Origin: Azolla caroliniana
Lineage: Eukaryota; Plantae; Polypodiophyta
Assembly (NCBI GenBank): GCA_043228905.1
Contig: JBHGNT010000014.1
Location: 1,860,001-1,924,000, forward strand
DNA: 64,000 nt
Direction: 5' to 3'
The first letter of the stretch is position 1; each line of letters begins with the position of its first letter. Shown in pieces: positions 50,200 to 62,260 of this stretch. The translations under genes were made by a program, and so were the position numbers. Under the pieces are notes generated by a model. The model saw only the letters and a list, made by a program, of their open reading frames with translations, had not been told where the DNA came from and made no database searches.

Positions 50200-53027
50200 G
50201 TCGTATCCATCCTTGTGTCTTTCCTTTTCTCACTTTTTCCCACTTGGCCGTCCAAGGTGGCCAACACATGGCACGCCTATGGAGCAGTGTTGGCACGGTC
50301 GAACCATAGACCCTAAACCCTTTGGCTCTGGATGGTCAGTCTCGTCAGTCACAGTGGGGTTCGTTGGGGTTTGCGTCGTCGAGGGATCCAGTCGCTTTTG
50401 TCCAGTGCAGGCTCGGGGAGTCCGCTCGATTCTATTGGCACGGAATCGGGGAGGCTGGTGGGCTCCATTGGCTCCGATGCCGCCTCTTGTTGTTGCGCTT
50501 GCTGCAACTTTTCATTCATGGGTGTGTCGGTCGGTGCCTATTCTATGTGTCAATCTTTGGCCGGGTGTGTGGCTTCTTGTGTCAATTCCTCGTGTGGCGT
50601 GTCTCGCATTGTCCCTTCAGCCGTGACTTCCATGACGATGACGGGATTCATTTGTGCAACCGTTGGTGACTTCAACACCGTGGTAACCTTCGAGACTTCG
50701 TCTTCCGACCGCAGCGGTCCGTCGATTGCATGCTCTCAAGAATCACTGTTTGAGAGTACGATAGGCGCCGCTCATTTTTCTTCCTCCACCCACCCTCCTT
50801 TGCTCATTGTCGATCGACTGGAGTAGGAGAGAAGTGTTGATCTGGCTGTCTCCAAACTCCTCGAGTAATTCTGCGATCTTCTCGGAGTGTCGATTGGTCA
50901 GGGCTTGATAATCTTGCATAAGGTCCTTGCAGACTGTGGCAATGCTTTCTCCATTCAACTTGTAGAAGCCTTTACCGTCTTTTTGCCCGATTCTCCCAAT
51001 TGGCCCAGTACGTATGGAGTTTTGTGGCTTGCTTTACCCATTCGGCCCATACTCCATCCTACGCTGCTTGAAGTTGTTCTGTGAATCTTTCGCGCTTTGT
51101 TTCTAGGAGGATCTTTATGCGCTCGGTATTCATTTCCATGCGCATCCGCATCTCCTTGAGGTTCGAAATTCGGCTTGTGTTGGAGGCTACTTTTTCTTCG
51201 TAGCGCACCTTTACCTCCTTCCACAGTTTTGCTTCTTTCTCATGCAGTGCTTCGAGGAAACCCATTTCATTATTTAAGCATTCCTCGACCTCTCTTGTCA
51301 TTTGTGCTTGATCTCGATTTGCTCGTTGTACCATTGACATTTTTTCTGCACGGCCTCTCGTAGTGCTACGATGATCTCTTGCGATTGAGCGACCTCTTCC
51401 TGTTGCTTCTTGACCTCAGTGATCATCTTTGCATGAGCCGCGACCTCAGCGTCCAAATTTTCTTGGATCGTCTTTACGTCTTTTCGTGCCTTTGCCCAGA
51501 TATCTAACTCACGCTCCAACTATTGTCAGAGTTCGGAGTGGAGTCGCTCGATCTCCATTTCAGCGATTTTCTTTGCTCTTTTTGCTTTAGCGGTAATGGT
51601 CGTCTAGCCTTTGACTTCCTCTTGGACTTTCATAGATCAGGCGTGAGGGAGCCAGAGGTTGATTCCGCTCATTCTTGTAAGTGGCGTTCGAGTTCGGCAA
51701 TCTTTCATTGAGCCTCTTGTAGCTGCTGTTGTACTACTTTTTCGGCTTTCCGGGTGGTTTTATTCCCCTTCACCATATCTTTTGTGCCGATAATGACCGA
51801 GGCGAGCTCCTTGTGTACTTCAACCAACACTGTGTTCAAGGGGGGAAGCTCGATGCTGACTTTTCAAACACCCGCATTCCTCTTTCAGCCGACTTTGTTC
51901 AAGGGGGGAAGGGATCTTGAAATGGTGTTCGCCAGTCGCTGTCAGACCCAGCTTCTTCCTGATACTAGCATTAGTGATTGTATCCACGTTGATTTTTGCT
52001 GCCATCTCCGCCACTCGGATGTAGCCTACTAAGCCATGGTCCTGCAACCATCACCGGAGAGTGGGGGAGATGTGATTGTCATGGCGTTCTCGTCGTCGAG
52101 TGAGTGCTTAGAGGGGCGAGGGGAGCGGGTTGCGGGCAAGGCGCGAGTGACAGAGGGTCTATGAGAGCAAGGGGAGCAAGGAGAGCTTAGGGAGTGAGAG
52201 GGTTTCTTGTTAGGTGTAGAGAAATGTCCCAAGTCCCCTTTTTGTGAGGTTGCGAGGTTAGGGTTCAAGATTCATCGAGCCATTGTGTGGACGCATGTAC
52301 TTGCTTTCTTGGAAGTTGGGTCTGCATGCAAGATCTTTAAATAGTTCTAAATGCTCCTTTGTTTTTTCTTGCCATACCTAACGGTCATGGCTGTCACTAT
52401 GATACATGAGTGCTATATAATTACAAGTGGGGTTGCTTTTAATGCGACCTGCGTTTGCCCCCCGAAATTGGTGTGGCGGGACATCGTCCTTCGTTTTTCG
52501 TTTCGGTTCGGAAGGGATTTGGCGGTATGGGCCCCTAATACGGCTTAAGTCGAAAGCCATTGACCTTTTGTCCTAAAACTTATCCTGCAAGTGTTCCAAG
52601 TTCAAATGTATTGTTTTCGACACTGAGTATCGAATACGGCCCCGTCCACCGGAAACGAATTTTTTCAAGCATGTGTTTGATCCGTGTTTGGAACATGAGT
52701 ATGACTTTCCCGTCGTAAAACATTTCTTGTTACTCCCTCAGTGCCGATCCACAAACGCCTTTCGTCAGTGTTGCTCTTGCTCTAGGATCATCATTCTTCG
52801 AACCCTGTCTTCGCCGAGCTCGAGGAGTTGTTGCAGTTCTAACTGTTCGGACTGTTTCTTGGGGAGACGCTCCCAAATCAGTATCCGTAAACTCAGGACT
52901 TGGAACTCTACACACATTACTGCTTTGAGCCCAAACGCAAGACGAAATGGGGTCAATTGGATACTGGTCTTGAAGCTCGTTCGATTCACCGGTGCGTAGT
53001 ATGTAGTGCTCTTCCTGTGAACTACGT
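50200..53027 (-). pseudogene. Old Gypsy remnant: integrase C-terminus followed by a decayed coiled-coil ORF
   Basis: RTSFKTSIQLTPFRLAFG.(E/K)AVM.VEF at 52765-53027; E/K/Q-rich heptad fragments at 50743-51720 on the same strand. Boundaries are approximate. Confidence 0.55.
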
Positions 53028-53476
53028 TGTCGTGAAGATCCGTCACTACGCGCGGATCGTGAGGCGGAACCGCCGGGGTTCTGGACCAGAAGGATTTAGA
53101 GTCGATACAAGCTTTGGCGAGAAAGTACTTAAGATAGATTGGGAAAGAGAGAAGTTGAGATTAAACGATTGAGAAAGATTGATTGAAGTTTTATCTTTGG
53201 ATTTAAGAAACAAGTTACACCATCAATTTGATAACGAATTTCTTCCTCTTAATTTTCATAAAAAAAAACCGTGTTTTTTCTCCTCCCCCTTCCCTCTTTT
53301 ATAGATGCTCTCATGCATATGATGCATGTGAGGGTACAAGACATGCATAAATTGCATGTTTGCCATTTGGCGCTTATGTATTACATGTGGTGCATGATAA
53401 CCATGTCACTCATTTTAGCTCTCATGTATGAGAATTTACATGTAAAAGTACAATGATAGAAATATAATTTCAACTA

Positions 53477-53547
53477 AATAGCATGGCTTAATAGTAAGCC
53501 AATTGACTCCTAACTTGGAGGTGCAAGGTTCGAATCCTTACTTGCCC
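53477..53547 (+). other. tRNA-like module (Pol III A- and B-box-like) inside the Gypsy B LTR
   Basis: TGGCTTAATAGTAAGCC (D-arm-like) and AAGGTTCGAATCCTT (T-arm-like) at tRNA spacing; the acceptor and anticodon stems do not pair. Confidence 0.55.
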
Positions 53548-55435
53548 TCCTTGTATATGTAAATATGTATATATATTTATATATTTATTTATCTAGTCGC
53601 CGGACGCCGGTTCGCCGGATACCGGATGCCGGTGCCGCCGTCGGATGCCGTCAGTTACCGGTGCCTCGCCGGATGCCGTCGGATCACCGTCGCCGGATTG
53701 CCGTCGGATGCCGCTGGATCACCGGCTCCATCGCCGGTCCGGTTTTGGTTGGCCAAAACCCTTTACGAGTAGCTAGCCCACCTCCACTCTTAGTTCAAGT
53801 TACCTTGAACTCTCTATGCTCCACACATAGACACAAAGATAATATCTTTTGCTCCACGTTATATATTATGAGAGTTGTATTTGTCGTGCCTATGTGGGAT
53901 ATCTCACAATTTTCTCTTTTCCTTTCACAAACTTTATACCCTCATATCTTGACATTTAGTTGTCCGTTTCTCGTGTAATAAAGTGCATTCGAAACCTCCA
54001 TCATTTTGTACTTAGATATTAAATCTATTTAAAATGTTATCTTTACAATTATTGTACTGTGTGATTCCTACTCGATTTCGTACATTTTATGGGATTTTCA
54101 CACTATTGCCGAAAATCTTCACGACATCCACCCCCACCAAACCGCACGTCCTCCGGTACGTGCCAAGAAGAGAAGAAGTGAGATTTCGGCTACGATGATC
54201 AATTAGATTCCTCCATGTCTTCATTTTCATCCGGCCTATTATGTTCATCGTCGAGGTAATCGAGGTCAGGATCCTTGTCTTGTCTTTTCTTGAAAATCTT
54301 TACTCTTTTTCCCGCAATGGGTACGGCCAACCTTGATCCGTCTAGTTCCGCAAGGTGGTATGTGGCATTATCGTTGGCACTTGTCACCACATACGGCCCG
54401 AACCATCTTCATGCGAACTTCCTTGTTGTACTGTGTTGATTGTCAAGGGTGCTGTCGTAAACCAAAACCCAATCCCCTTCTTCAATCTTCTTGGGACGAA
54501 GTCGATGCATGTTGTCGAACCGAACTTTGTTCTTTACTCGGGCTGCCTTCATCATCTTTCGCGCTTTTTCTAAATCTTCAGGTCTTCTTTCAAGTTGCCT
54601 TATCCGCGCCGCTAATAACTCTTCTCAGCTCATCTCGTTCTCCCACGGTATCGCTACCCATGAGGCGATCGTCCTTTCGATGGGCATAATCGGCTTTTGT
54701 CCATACATAAGCTCCGTCAGCATATACCCTATCACCGAGCTATGTGTCGTTCTATCGGCCCACAAGGCATAGGGTAATAGTCGTGGCCAATTCCCGACTC
54801 GACCGTTGCATACCCGTACGATGGCTTTAACGATAGGTCCATGCCCTCGCTCGATCTTCCCATTTGCTTCCGGATTGTAGGCAGTCATGAGGGAGAGCTT
54901 CACGTCTAGTCTTTCGAAGAGCTCTGTCGCTTCGTGTGCGTCCAACTCCCCTCGGTCGGCCACTATCTTCCCTACACATCCATATCGGCAAACAACATCT
55001 TCAAGTAGAAATTTACAAACGGCTGAAGTCGTCTTATTTGTCAAGGCTCGTCCTTCCACTTGATTTGTCAAGTCTTCCCTTGCCAGCGCTAAGTACTTCA
55101 TTTGTCCCACTCCCATTGGCATCGAGACCAGATCCACCATCCATTTGAAGTGTATGGTGAGTGGGTATGTCGACTTTAACTCATCACGATGACGTATATT
55201 TGAATATACTTGGCAAGTTTCGCATGTGGACACGAAATGGAGTACATCTTTGTACATGCTTGGCCACCAGTACTTCTCCTTCAACTTTTCGAACGTCGCC
55301 CATGTTTCTCTATGACCTGCCCAAGCACTCTCGTGGAATTCGGTCATCAACGTCTCTTGCTCTTCTTTCTTTACCACCACTCGACGTGGTATTCCTATCC
55401 TTCTTTTTGGATGTCGCCAAAGGAATCCTCCCTTC

Positions 55436-58400
55436 TGTTAGAAATTGACGCTTTCAAAACCTTCACCTCTCGGCCACAACCGAGGAAACACGAGTCAATG
55501 CAGCAGTAAATCGAAAACACAGAGAGAGACTCGAATGCACAGGGTTTAGCGTGGAAAACCCTAGACGGGAAAAACCACGGGAGTGCAAGACTCCAACTAT
55601 CACTATACGCAGGGAATGTACAATGGCGAGCTGCAAGGCGACGACCTTGAGCTCGCTGTCCTCGCCACAGGCGGCGGTATTACACAGAGGCGTCGACCTC
55701 TTCCTTTCTCTCTCTCTCGGCTGCTCTCACTTCGCTCCCTCTAAGTGGAAAACAGAAAAATGAGCAACAACAACAAAACTGTTTGCCCTAAGTCATATTT
55801 ATACACATATGACTTTCGGGCTATTTACAAATATAGCCTAGAGGGCCCTTGGCAAACATATTCACAAATATGTCCCCGCATCCGGATCTCTCTCCGGGTA
55901 CATTCGTCATCCGGCTCCGTAGCCAGGGTCTTCATCATCCGGATCCGAAACCGGGTCTTCATCATCCGGCTCTGATACCGGGTACTCCTCATTCGGGTCT
56001 TCATTCCCGATTCCCGGACATCTGACCATCCCATCCGGAGGGACCGTAATCCCAACAAACTCCCCCTTCACTTCGGCATGGGATGTCTTTCCAGTCCGAC
56101 CCTCTTCCGGCACGCTTCCAGCTTGTCGGGTGTGAGCACTTTGGTCAGCATATCTGACCCGTTCTCGTCCGTGTGGATCTTCGTCAGCACGAACTCCTGG
56201 TCTTCTATCCTTTCCCGGATCCAGTGATATCTTCGCTGGATGTGCTTCGTCCGGGAGTGATAGGCCGCATTCTTCGCAAGGTGGATGGCACTCTGACTGT
56301 CGCAGTAGAGTCGGTACTCCTCCTGCCGGATACCGAGCTCTCTAATGAAGTCCTTCATCCATATTATTTCCTTGCCGGCTTCAACAGCCGCCATGTACTC
56401 CGCCTCCGTGGTTGACAACGCAACCGTCTTCTGCAGCCTCGACTGCCACGAAACAGCTCCCCCTGCATACGTCATCACATACCCTGATGTGGACCGGCTG
56501 GTATCTGCATCAGCCGACATATCCGAATCGGTAAAGCCGTCGAGTTCGGGCTTACCGGAGCCGAATCGGAGGCACACGTTTGCCGTGCCCTTCAGGTATC
56601 GGAGTATCCACTTGGCCGCGTTCCAGTGCTCTTTGCCGGGATTGCTCATGTACCGGCTCACCACTCCGACTGCATATCCTATGTCCGGTCTTGTACACAC
56701 CATTGCGTACATCAAGCTTCCGACGGCTGAGGCATATGGTACTTTCATCATGTCCTCCTTCTTAGCCTTTGTCTTGGGGCTTTGCTTGCTGGACAACTTG
56801 CAGTTTGCCGGGAGGGTTGACCCGACCGGTCTTGCTTCCGACATGTTGAACCGGTGAAGCACCTTTGTCACGTACTTCTCCTGTGACAGCCACAACTGCT
56901 TCTTCTTCCGGTCCCGGATGATGTGCATCCCTAGTATTTGCCTTGCCGGACCCAGGTCCTTCATTGAGAAGGTTCGGTGAAGCGCTTTCTTCAACATCCG
57001 TATCTTGACCTGGTCCCGTCCGACGATCAACATGTCGTCCACGTACAGGAGGAGTATTAGAAAGTCTCCTCCTTCGAACTTCTTCACAAACACGCAGTGA
57101 TCGGACTGCGTTTTGTGGTACCCTTCGTCAGTCATGAAAGAGTCAAACTTCCGGTACCATTGCCGGGGAGCCTGCTTCAGTCCGTAAAGGCTCTTCTTCA
57201 ACCAGCATACCAGGTGCTCCTTCCCTTTCTTCTCGAATCCTTCCGGTTGCTGCATGTAGATCTCTTCTTCGAGGTCACCGTGAAGGAATGCCGTCTTCAC
57301 ATCCATCTGTTCTACCTCGAGGTCCATGCTTGCCGCTATGCTCAGCACCGTCCGGATGGAGGTCATCTTCACTACCGGGGCAAATATCTCGTCGAAGTCG
57401 ACGCCCTTCTTCTGCTGGAACCCCTTCACCACGATCCTGGCTTTGTATCTCGGGGGGTTTCCGGCATCTCCCGGTTTCAGCTTGAACACCCACTTGTTTC
57501 GAAGTGCCCGCTTTCCTTTCGGCAACTCCACAAGTTCATATGTGTGGTTCTCATGCAGGGAATCCATCTCCTCCTGCATGGCACTTAACCACCTGCGGCT
57601 ATGGGTGTCAAGCTTTGCTTCTTCAAAACTCTCCGGCTCCCCCTCGTCGGTTAGCAGCACGTGCTCTGGTTCCGGAAATCTCCGGGGGGCCCTTCTCTCT
57701 CTTAGAGGATATCTCCGTTCCGGAGCTTCGGTAACCGGCTCCTCCGTTTCCTCTTCATCCGAATCCATTTCGGGATCGGGGCCGGTTCCGGTATCAGTTT
57801 CATCTTCCTCGGCCGGTTCTGTTTCTTCACCGTCTTCGGCCGGATCCTCGAGTGCTAACCGGTCCCTTGCCGGTCGGGACTGCTCTTCGTAGAGTTGATC
57901 CTCACCGGTCGACTTGGAGCTCTTCATCTTCTTCGCCGACTCCCAGTCGGCGAGTGTCTTGTCCTCCATGAAGATGATATCACGACTCCGGAATATCTTT
58001 TTGTCGACCGGGTCCCATACTCGGTAGCCGAACTCGTCATCGCCGTAACCAAGGAATATGCATGGCCGGGTCTTTGGATCTAGCTTTCCTCTCCGGTCCT
58101 TTGCCACATGCACATATGCGAGACACCCGAACACCTTCAGATGCCGGTAGGATACTTCCCTACCGGTCCACACTCTCTGCGGCGTGTCTCCGTCCAAAGG
58201 TACTGAGGGTGATCTGTTTATCACGTATGTCGCCGTCGACATTGCCTCAGCCCAAAACCCCTTGGGTAATTTCGCATGCGCCAGCATACTCCGGACCCTC
58301 TCCATTATGGTCCGGTTCATCCTCTCGGCCAGCCCGTTCAGTTTCGGCGTCTTCGGCACAGTAAACTCGAGTCGGATTCCCTTCGAGTGACAGTACTCTT

Positions 58401-60794
58401 CGAACTGCCCCCGGTATTCCCCTCCGTTATCCGCTCGTATCGCTTTCAGCTTCTTGCCGGATTCCCTTTCCACTCTCGCGTGGAGTTCTTTGAAGACCCA
58501 CAACACTTGGTCCTTTGTCTTCAACGGTGCCGTCCACAGCTTCCGGCTGTGGTCATCAATGAATGTCACGAAGTACTGGGCTCCGCCATGTGACTTCGTT
58601 TCTACTTGACACACGTCAGTGTGCACCAACTCCAATGGTGCGCTACGTCTCGTCGGTGGCCTTGAGTGGAAGGAGGTTCGGTTCTGCTTACCGGCCAGGC
58701 AATCGGTGCACTTCTCCAGGTGCACATGCTTCACTGGAATAAGGTTGTCTTCTGCAAGCCTCTTCATCCCCTTCTCACTCATGTGGCACAGTCTCTTGTG
58801 CCACAGCTCACCGGCAGTGTCGGCTGCCACGTTCAACTCCTCCGGACACAACCAGGCATTCATAAGGTACAGTGTGTTGACTTTCCGGGCCCGAGCCACT
58901 ATCAGGCTCCCCTTGCTGAACTTCATTACGCAGTTCCGGATGCTACCTGTGTAGCCTTCATCGTCTAGCCTCCCGGCCGAAATCAGGTTCAATCGAACCT
59001 CCGGAACGTGTCGGACATCCTTCAGCAACATTTTGCATCCGGTCGAGGTTGTCAACCACACGTCTCCTATGCCGGCAATGCCGCACGTACCTTCATTTCC
59101 CATCCGAACACAGCCATGCTCACCGGCTGTGTAGGATGAGAAGTATCTTCTTTCCGGGGTCAGGTGGAACGACGCTCCGAAATCGACCACCCAGGTAGTC
59201 TCATCGCCGGCAATGTTTAGTTCACCTTCTTCGGTGATGAGCATGATCTCCTCTTCACTTGCCGCGAGTGCCGTCGTTCCTTTCCGGTCCTGCCCTCGCC
59301 GATCCGAACCATTCCGGTCTGTGGCTCCCCGGTAAGCACCGTTCCGTTCCGAAGACTTCTTCGAATCGGTGTCGTCGGCTCCGTTGTCTTTTCGGTAATG
59401 CCGACAATTCTTTCGGAAGTGCCCCGGCTTCCCACAGTGGAAGCATGTGGGCCTTCCTCTTGACTGCGACCGGGTCCCCGACTTCTCCCGTCTTTGCGGA
59501 CTCCGGTTCCGTTGTCTTCCCCGATCCGATTCGGTAAGCAGCATCTTCAGATCGGAGGCCGGTTCTTTATCTCTCCGACGTGCTTCTTCGTTCAAAATGC
59601 TTGTCTTTACCGTTTGTAGGGACAAGTTATCTTCGGTGCAGGAGGTGCTGAGAGTCACCACCAAGTTCTCCCAGCTTTCCGGCAATGTACACATCAGCAT
59701 GATGGCTTGCATTGCATCCTCCAACGGGAACTTGATCGCCGCAAGCTGGTTCACGAATCCCATGAACGTGCTTACGTGTTCCACCATACTCTCGCCGTCC
59801 CGGTACTTGAGGTTCACTATCTTCCTCATCAGGGAGGTCCGGTTCAACGCATTCTTCGTCTCGTAGAGGCCCGACAGCTTCTGCCACATCTCATATGCGT
59901 TGGTGTCGTTCGCCACATGTTGTAGAACGCTCACGTCGACGTATTGCCGAATGGTTGCAACGGCTTTCCGGTTCAGAAGCCTCCATTCCGTCTCAAGTAC
60001 CCCCTTGGGTATTTCCGACCTGTCGATCGGTTCATACAGGTCCCGAACAATGAGCAGATCCTCCATCTTTATCTTCCAGTCGGCGTAGTTCTGCGCATTC
60101 AGCACCATCATCCCCGGCTGCCCGCTGCTGCCGCCTTCCATTTTCTGCACTGCAGTCGCTCTGATACCAGATTGTTAGAAATTGACGCTTTCAAAACCTT
60201 CACCTCTCGGCCACAACCGAGGAAACACGAGTCAATGCAGCAGTAAATCGAAAACACAGAGAGAGACTCGAATGCACAGGGTTTAGTGTGGAAAACCCTA
60301 GACGGGAAAAACCACGGGAGTGCAAGACTCCAACTATCACTATACGCAGGGAATGTACAATGGCGAGCTGCGAGGCGACGACCTTGAGCTCGCTGTCCTC
60401 GCCACAGGCGGCGGTATTACACAGAGGCGTCGACCTCTTCCTTTCTCTCTCTCTCGGCTGCTCTCACTTCGCTCCCTCTAAGTGGAAAACAGAAAAATGA
60501 GCAACAACAACAAAACTGTTTGCCCTAAGTCATATTTATACACATATGACTTTCGGGCTATTTACAAATATAGCCTAGAGGGCCCTTTGCAAAAATATTC
60601 ACAAATATGTCCCCGCATCCGGATCTCTCTCCGGGTACATTCGTCATCCGGCTCCGTAGCCAGGGTCTTCATCATCCGGATCCGAAACCGGGTCTTCATC
60701 ATCCGGCTCTGATACCGGGTACTCCTCATTCGGGTCTTCATTCCCGATTCCCGAACATCTGACCATCCCATCCGGAGGGACCGTAATCCCAACA
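55436..60794 (-). mobile_element. Young full-length Copia F with 622-bp LTRs (55436-56057, 60173-60794) and TSD CCTTC
   Basis: About 5 LTR differences seen by eye; PBS TGGTATCAGAGC at 60158-60169; PPT abutting the ORF stop. Confidence 0.97.
56068..60150 (-). CDS. Copia Gag-Pol polyprotein (1360 aa, uninterrupted)
   Basis: CFHCGKPGHFRKNC, WVVDFGAS, WHKRLCH..CTDC, DDE integrase, YVDD RT and RNase H. Confidence 0.95.
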   Translation of the reverse strand: MQKMEGGSSGQPGMMVLNAQNYADWKIKMEDLLIVRDLYEPIDRSEIPKGVLETEWRLLNRKAVATIRQYVDVSVLQHVANDTNAYEMWQKLSGLYETKNALNRTSLMRKIVNLKYRDGESMVEHVSTFMGFVNQLAAIKFPLEDAMQAIMLMCTLPESWENLVVTLSTSCTEDNLSLQTVKTSILNEEARRRDKEPASDLKMLLTESDRGRQRNRSPQRREKSGTRSQSRGRPTCFHCGKPGHFRKNCRHYRKDNGADDTDSKKSSERNGAYRGATDRNGSDRRGQDRKGTTALAASEEEIMLITEEGELNIAGDETTWVVDFGASFHLTPERRYFSSYTAGEHGCVRMGNEGTCGIAGIGDVWLTTSTGCKMLLKDVRHVPEVRLNLISAGRLDDEGYTGSIRNCVMKFSKGSLIVARARKVNTLYLMNAWLCPEELNVAADTAGELWHKRLCHMSEKGMKRLAEDNLIPVKHVHLEKCTDCLAGKQNRTSFHSRPPTRRSAPLELVHTDVCQVETKSHGGAQYFVTFIDDHSRKLWTAPLKTKDQVLWVFKELHARVERESGKKLKAIRADNGGEYRGQFEEYCHSKGIRLEFTVPKTPKLNGLAERMNRTIMERVRSMLAHAKLPKGFWAEAMSTATYVINRSPSVPLDGDTPQRVWTGREVSYRHLKVFGCLAYVHVAKDRRGKLDPKTRPCIFLGYGDDEFGYRVWDPVDKKIFRSRDIIFMEDKTLADWESAKKMKSSKSTGEDQLYEEQSRPARDRLALEDPAEDGEETEPAEEDETDTGTGPDPEMDSDEEETEEPVTEAPERRYPLRERRAPRRFPEPEHVLLTDEGEPESFEEAKLDTHSRRWLSAMQEEMDSLHENHTYELVELPKGKRALRNKWVFKLKPGDAGNPPRYKARIVVKGFQQKKGVDFDEIFAPVVKMTSIRTVLSIAASMDLEVEQMDVKTAFLHGDLEEEIYMQQPEGFEKKGKEHLVCWLKKSLYGLKQAPRQWYRKFDSFMTDEGYHKTQSDHCVFVKKFEGGDFLILLLYVDDMLIVGRDQVKIRMLKKALHRTFSMKDLGPARQILGMHIIRDRKKKQLWLSQEKYVTKVLHRFNMSEARPVGSTLPANCKLSSKQSPKTKAKKEDMMKVPYASAVGSLMYAMVCTRPDIGYAVGVVSRYMSNPGKEHWNAAKWILRYLKGTANVCLRFGSGKPELDGFTDSDMSADADTSRSTSGYVMTYAGGAVSWQSRLQKTVALSTTEAEYMAAVEAGKEIIWMKDFIRELGIRQEEYRLYCDSQSAIHLAKNAAYHSRTKHIQRRYHWIRERIEDQEFVLTKIHTDENGSDMLTKVLTPDKLEACRKRVGLERHPMPK

Positions 60795-62260
60795 CCTTCA
60801 AGAAGTATCGGTAAGCTTTCTTTCGGATTCGTAGGGCCTCCTCCTTTGTCAACAAAGCATCTGCCGTCAATGTTCTTAGGAATCTACCGATGAGTAACCA
60901 CTGTCCTTCGTACTCATTCTCGTTGAAGGCGTGGAGGGTTTGCGTGTCCTGGTCTTCCGCCGACAATCGAGCCATCTTGAAGAAGTCGAGGGCGACATCT
61001 TCATCTTCCAAAACCATGTTACTTTCATTTGAAAATCTTGCCCTTGACAGCATGTCAGCCATGGTGTTCTTCTTCCCTGCAATGTGACGGATCTCTGGGT
61101 TTAAAGACTTGATGTAGGCAATCCACCTTAGCATAGCAAGATCTGGGGTCGCACATCCCGAGACCATTCCGAGAATTGGGAGACAATCTGTCTCTATTAT
61201 CACTTCTGACCCGATCAGGTAATCTTTGTCCGTCTTCATTGCCGACACAATACCCCAAAGTTCCCGCTTGACTTGGGCATATCTTTGTTGCCATTTGCTG
61301 AGAACCTTTGCTCCAAACCGGACGGCATATCGCGCATTATCTTCACCTTCTTGATTGATGACCCACCCGATTCTAGTTGGGCTCGTATCTATGGTCACGT
61401 AAATTGGTTTCCCTTCGGCATAGTCGGCCTTCCTTAGTGCCGGAGCTTCAAGAAGTAGTTTCTTTAATCTTCGCATCGCCTTTGTGTGCTCGTCTCACCA
61501 TTCGAACTTTATTCTTTTCTTTAGTAATCCATATATGATAAAACGCGCACGCTCCAAGGAACCTTCGAACCTCCGTTTGGTTTTCGCATTCTTCTTTCAT
61601 GTCTTGGATTGCGTTCACTTTGGATGGCGAGGGATTCCGGCCGTATGCTCCACACAAGTGACCTACCACCAAGATCTCCGGTTGCCCGAATGCGGATTTT
61701 TCTCCCGAAAATGTCAAATTCGCATCTTCGAGCCTTTGAAGCACCTTCTCGCAATCTTTCATATGATCCGCAACGAACTTTCTACAACCTTCCTTATCTT
61801 TCGATTCATCTTTCTCCTCATCCGAACATCCTTTTATCGGAATATCATCCAAGAATGGCATCGTGATGTCCGGAATGCAATCCTTCAAGACTTTATTCAT
61901 GGCATTCACCATATGAGCCACCGAGTTCGTTGCGCCTTGGGGTAAGGTACACATCCGCACAAGCCCGATCGGAGTCCTCATGGTTGTAATGTCCCGACTG
62001 TCGATCGCCAATTGGAATTGGTCATATCCGGAGTAGAGATCGCCAATGGAGTAGATGGACCGGCCCGCAAACGCTTCGGCAAATTCGTCCACGCTCGGAC
62101 CGATTCCGGCATTTCTAATTGTCACCTTGTTGACGGGTTGAAGATCTTGGATGAATCGCAATGATCCATTCTTCTTCGGCACCGTGAACCACCTATTGGA
62201 ATAAGGAGCATTCAACGGTTCTAGAATTCCCATACTCACCTTCTCCTTTAAGAGCTCGAT

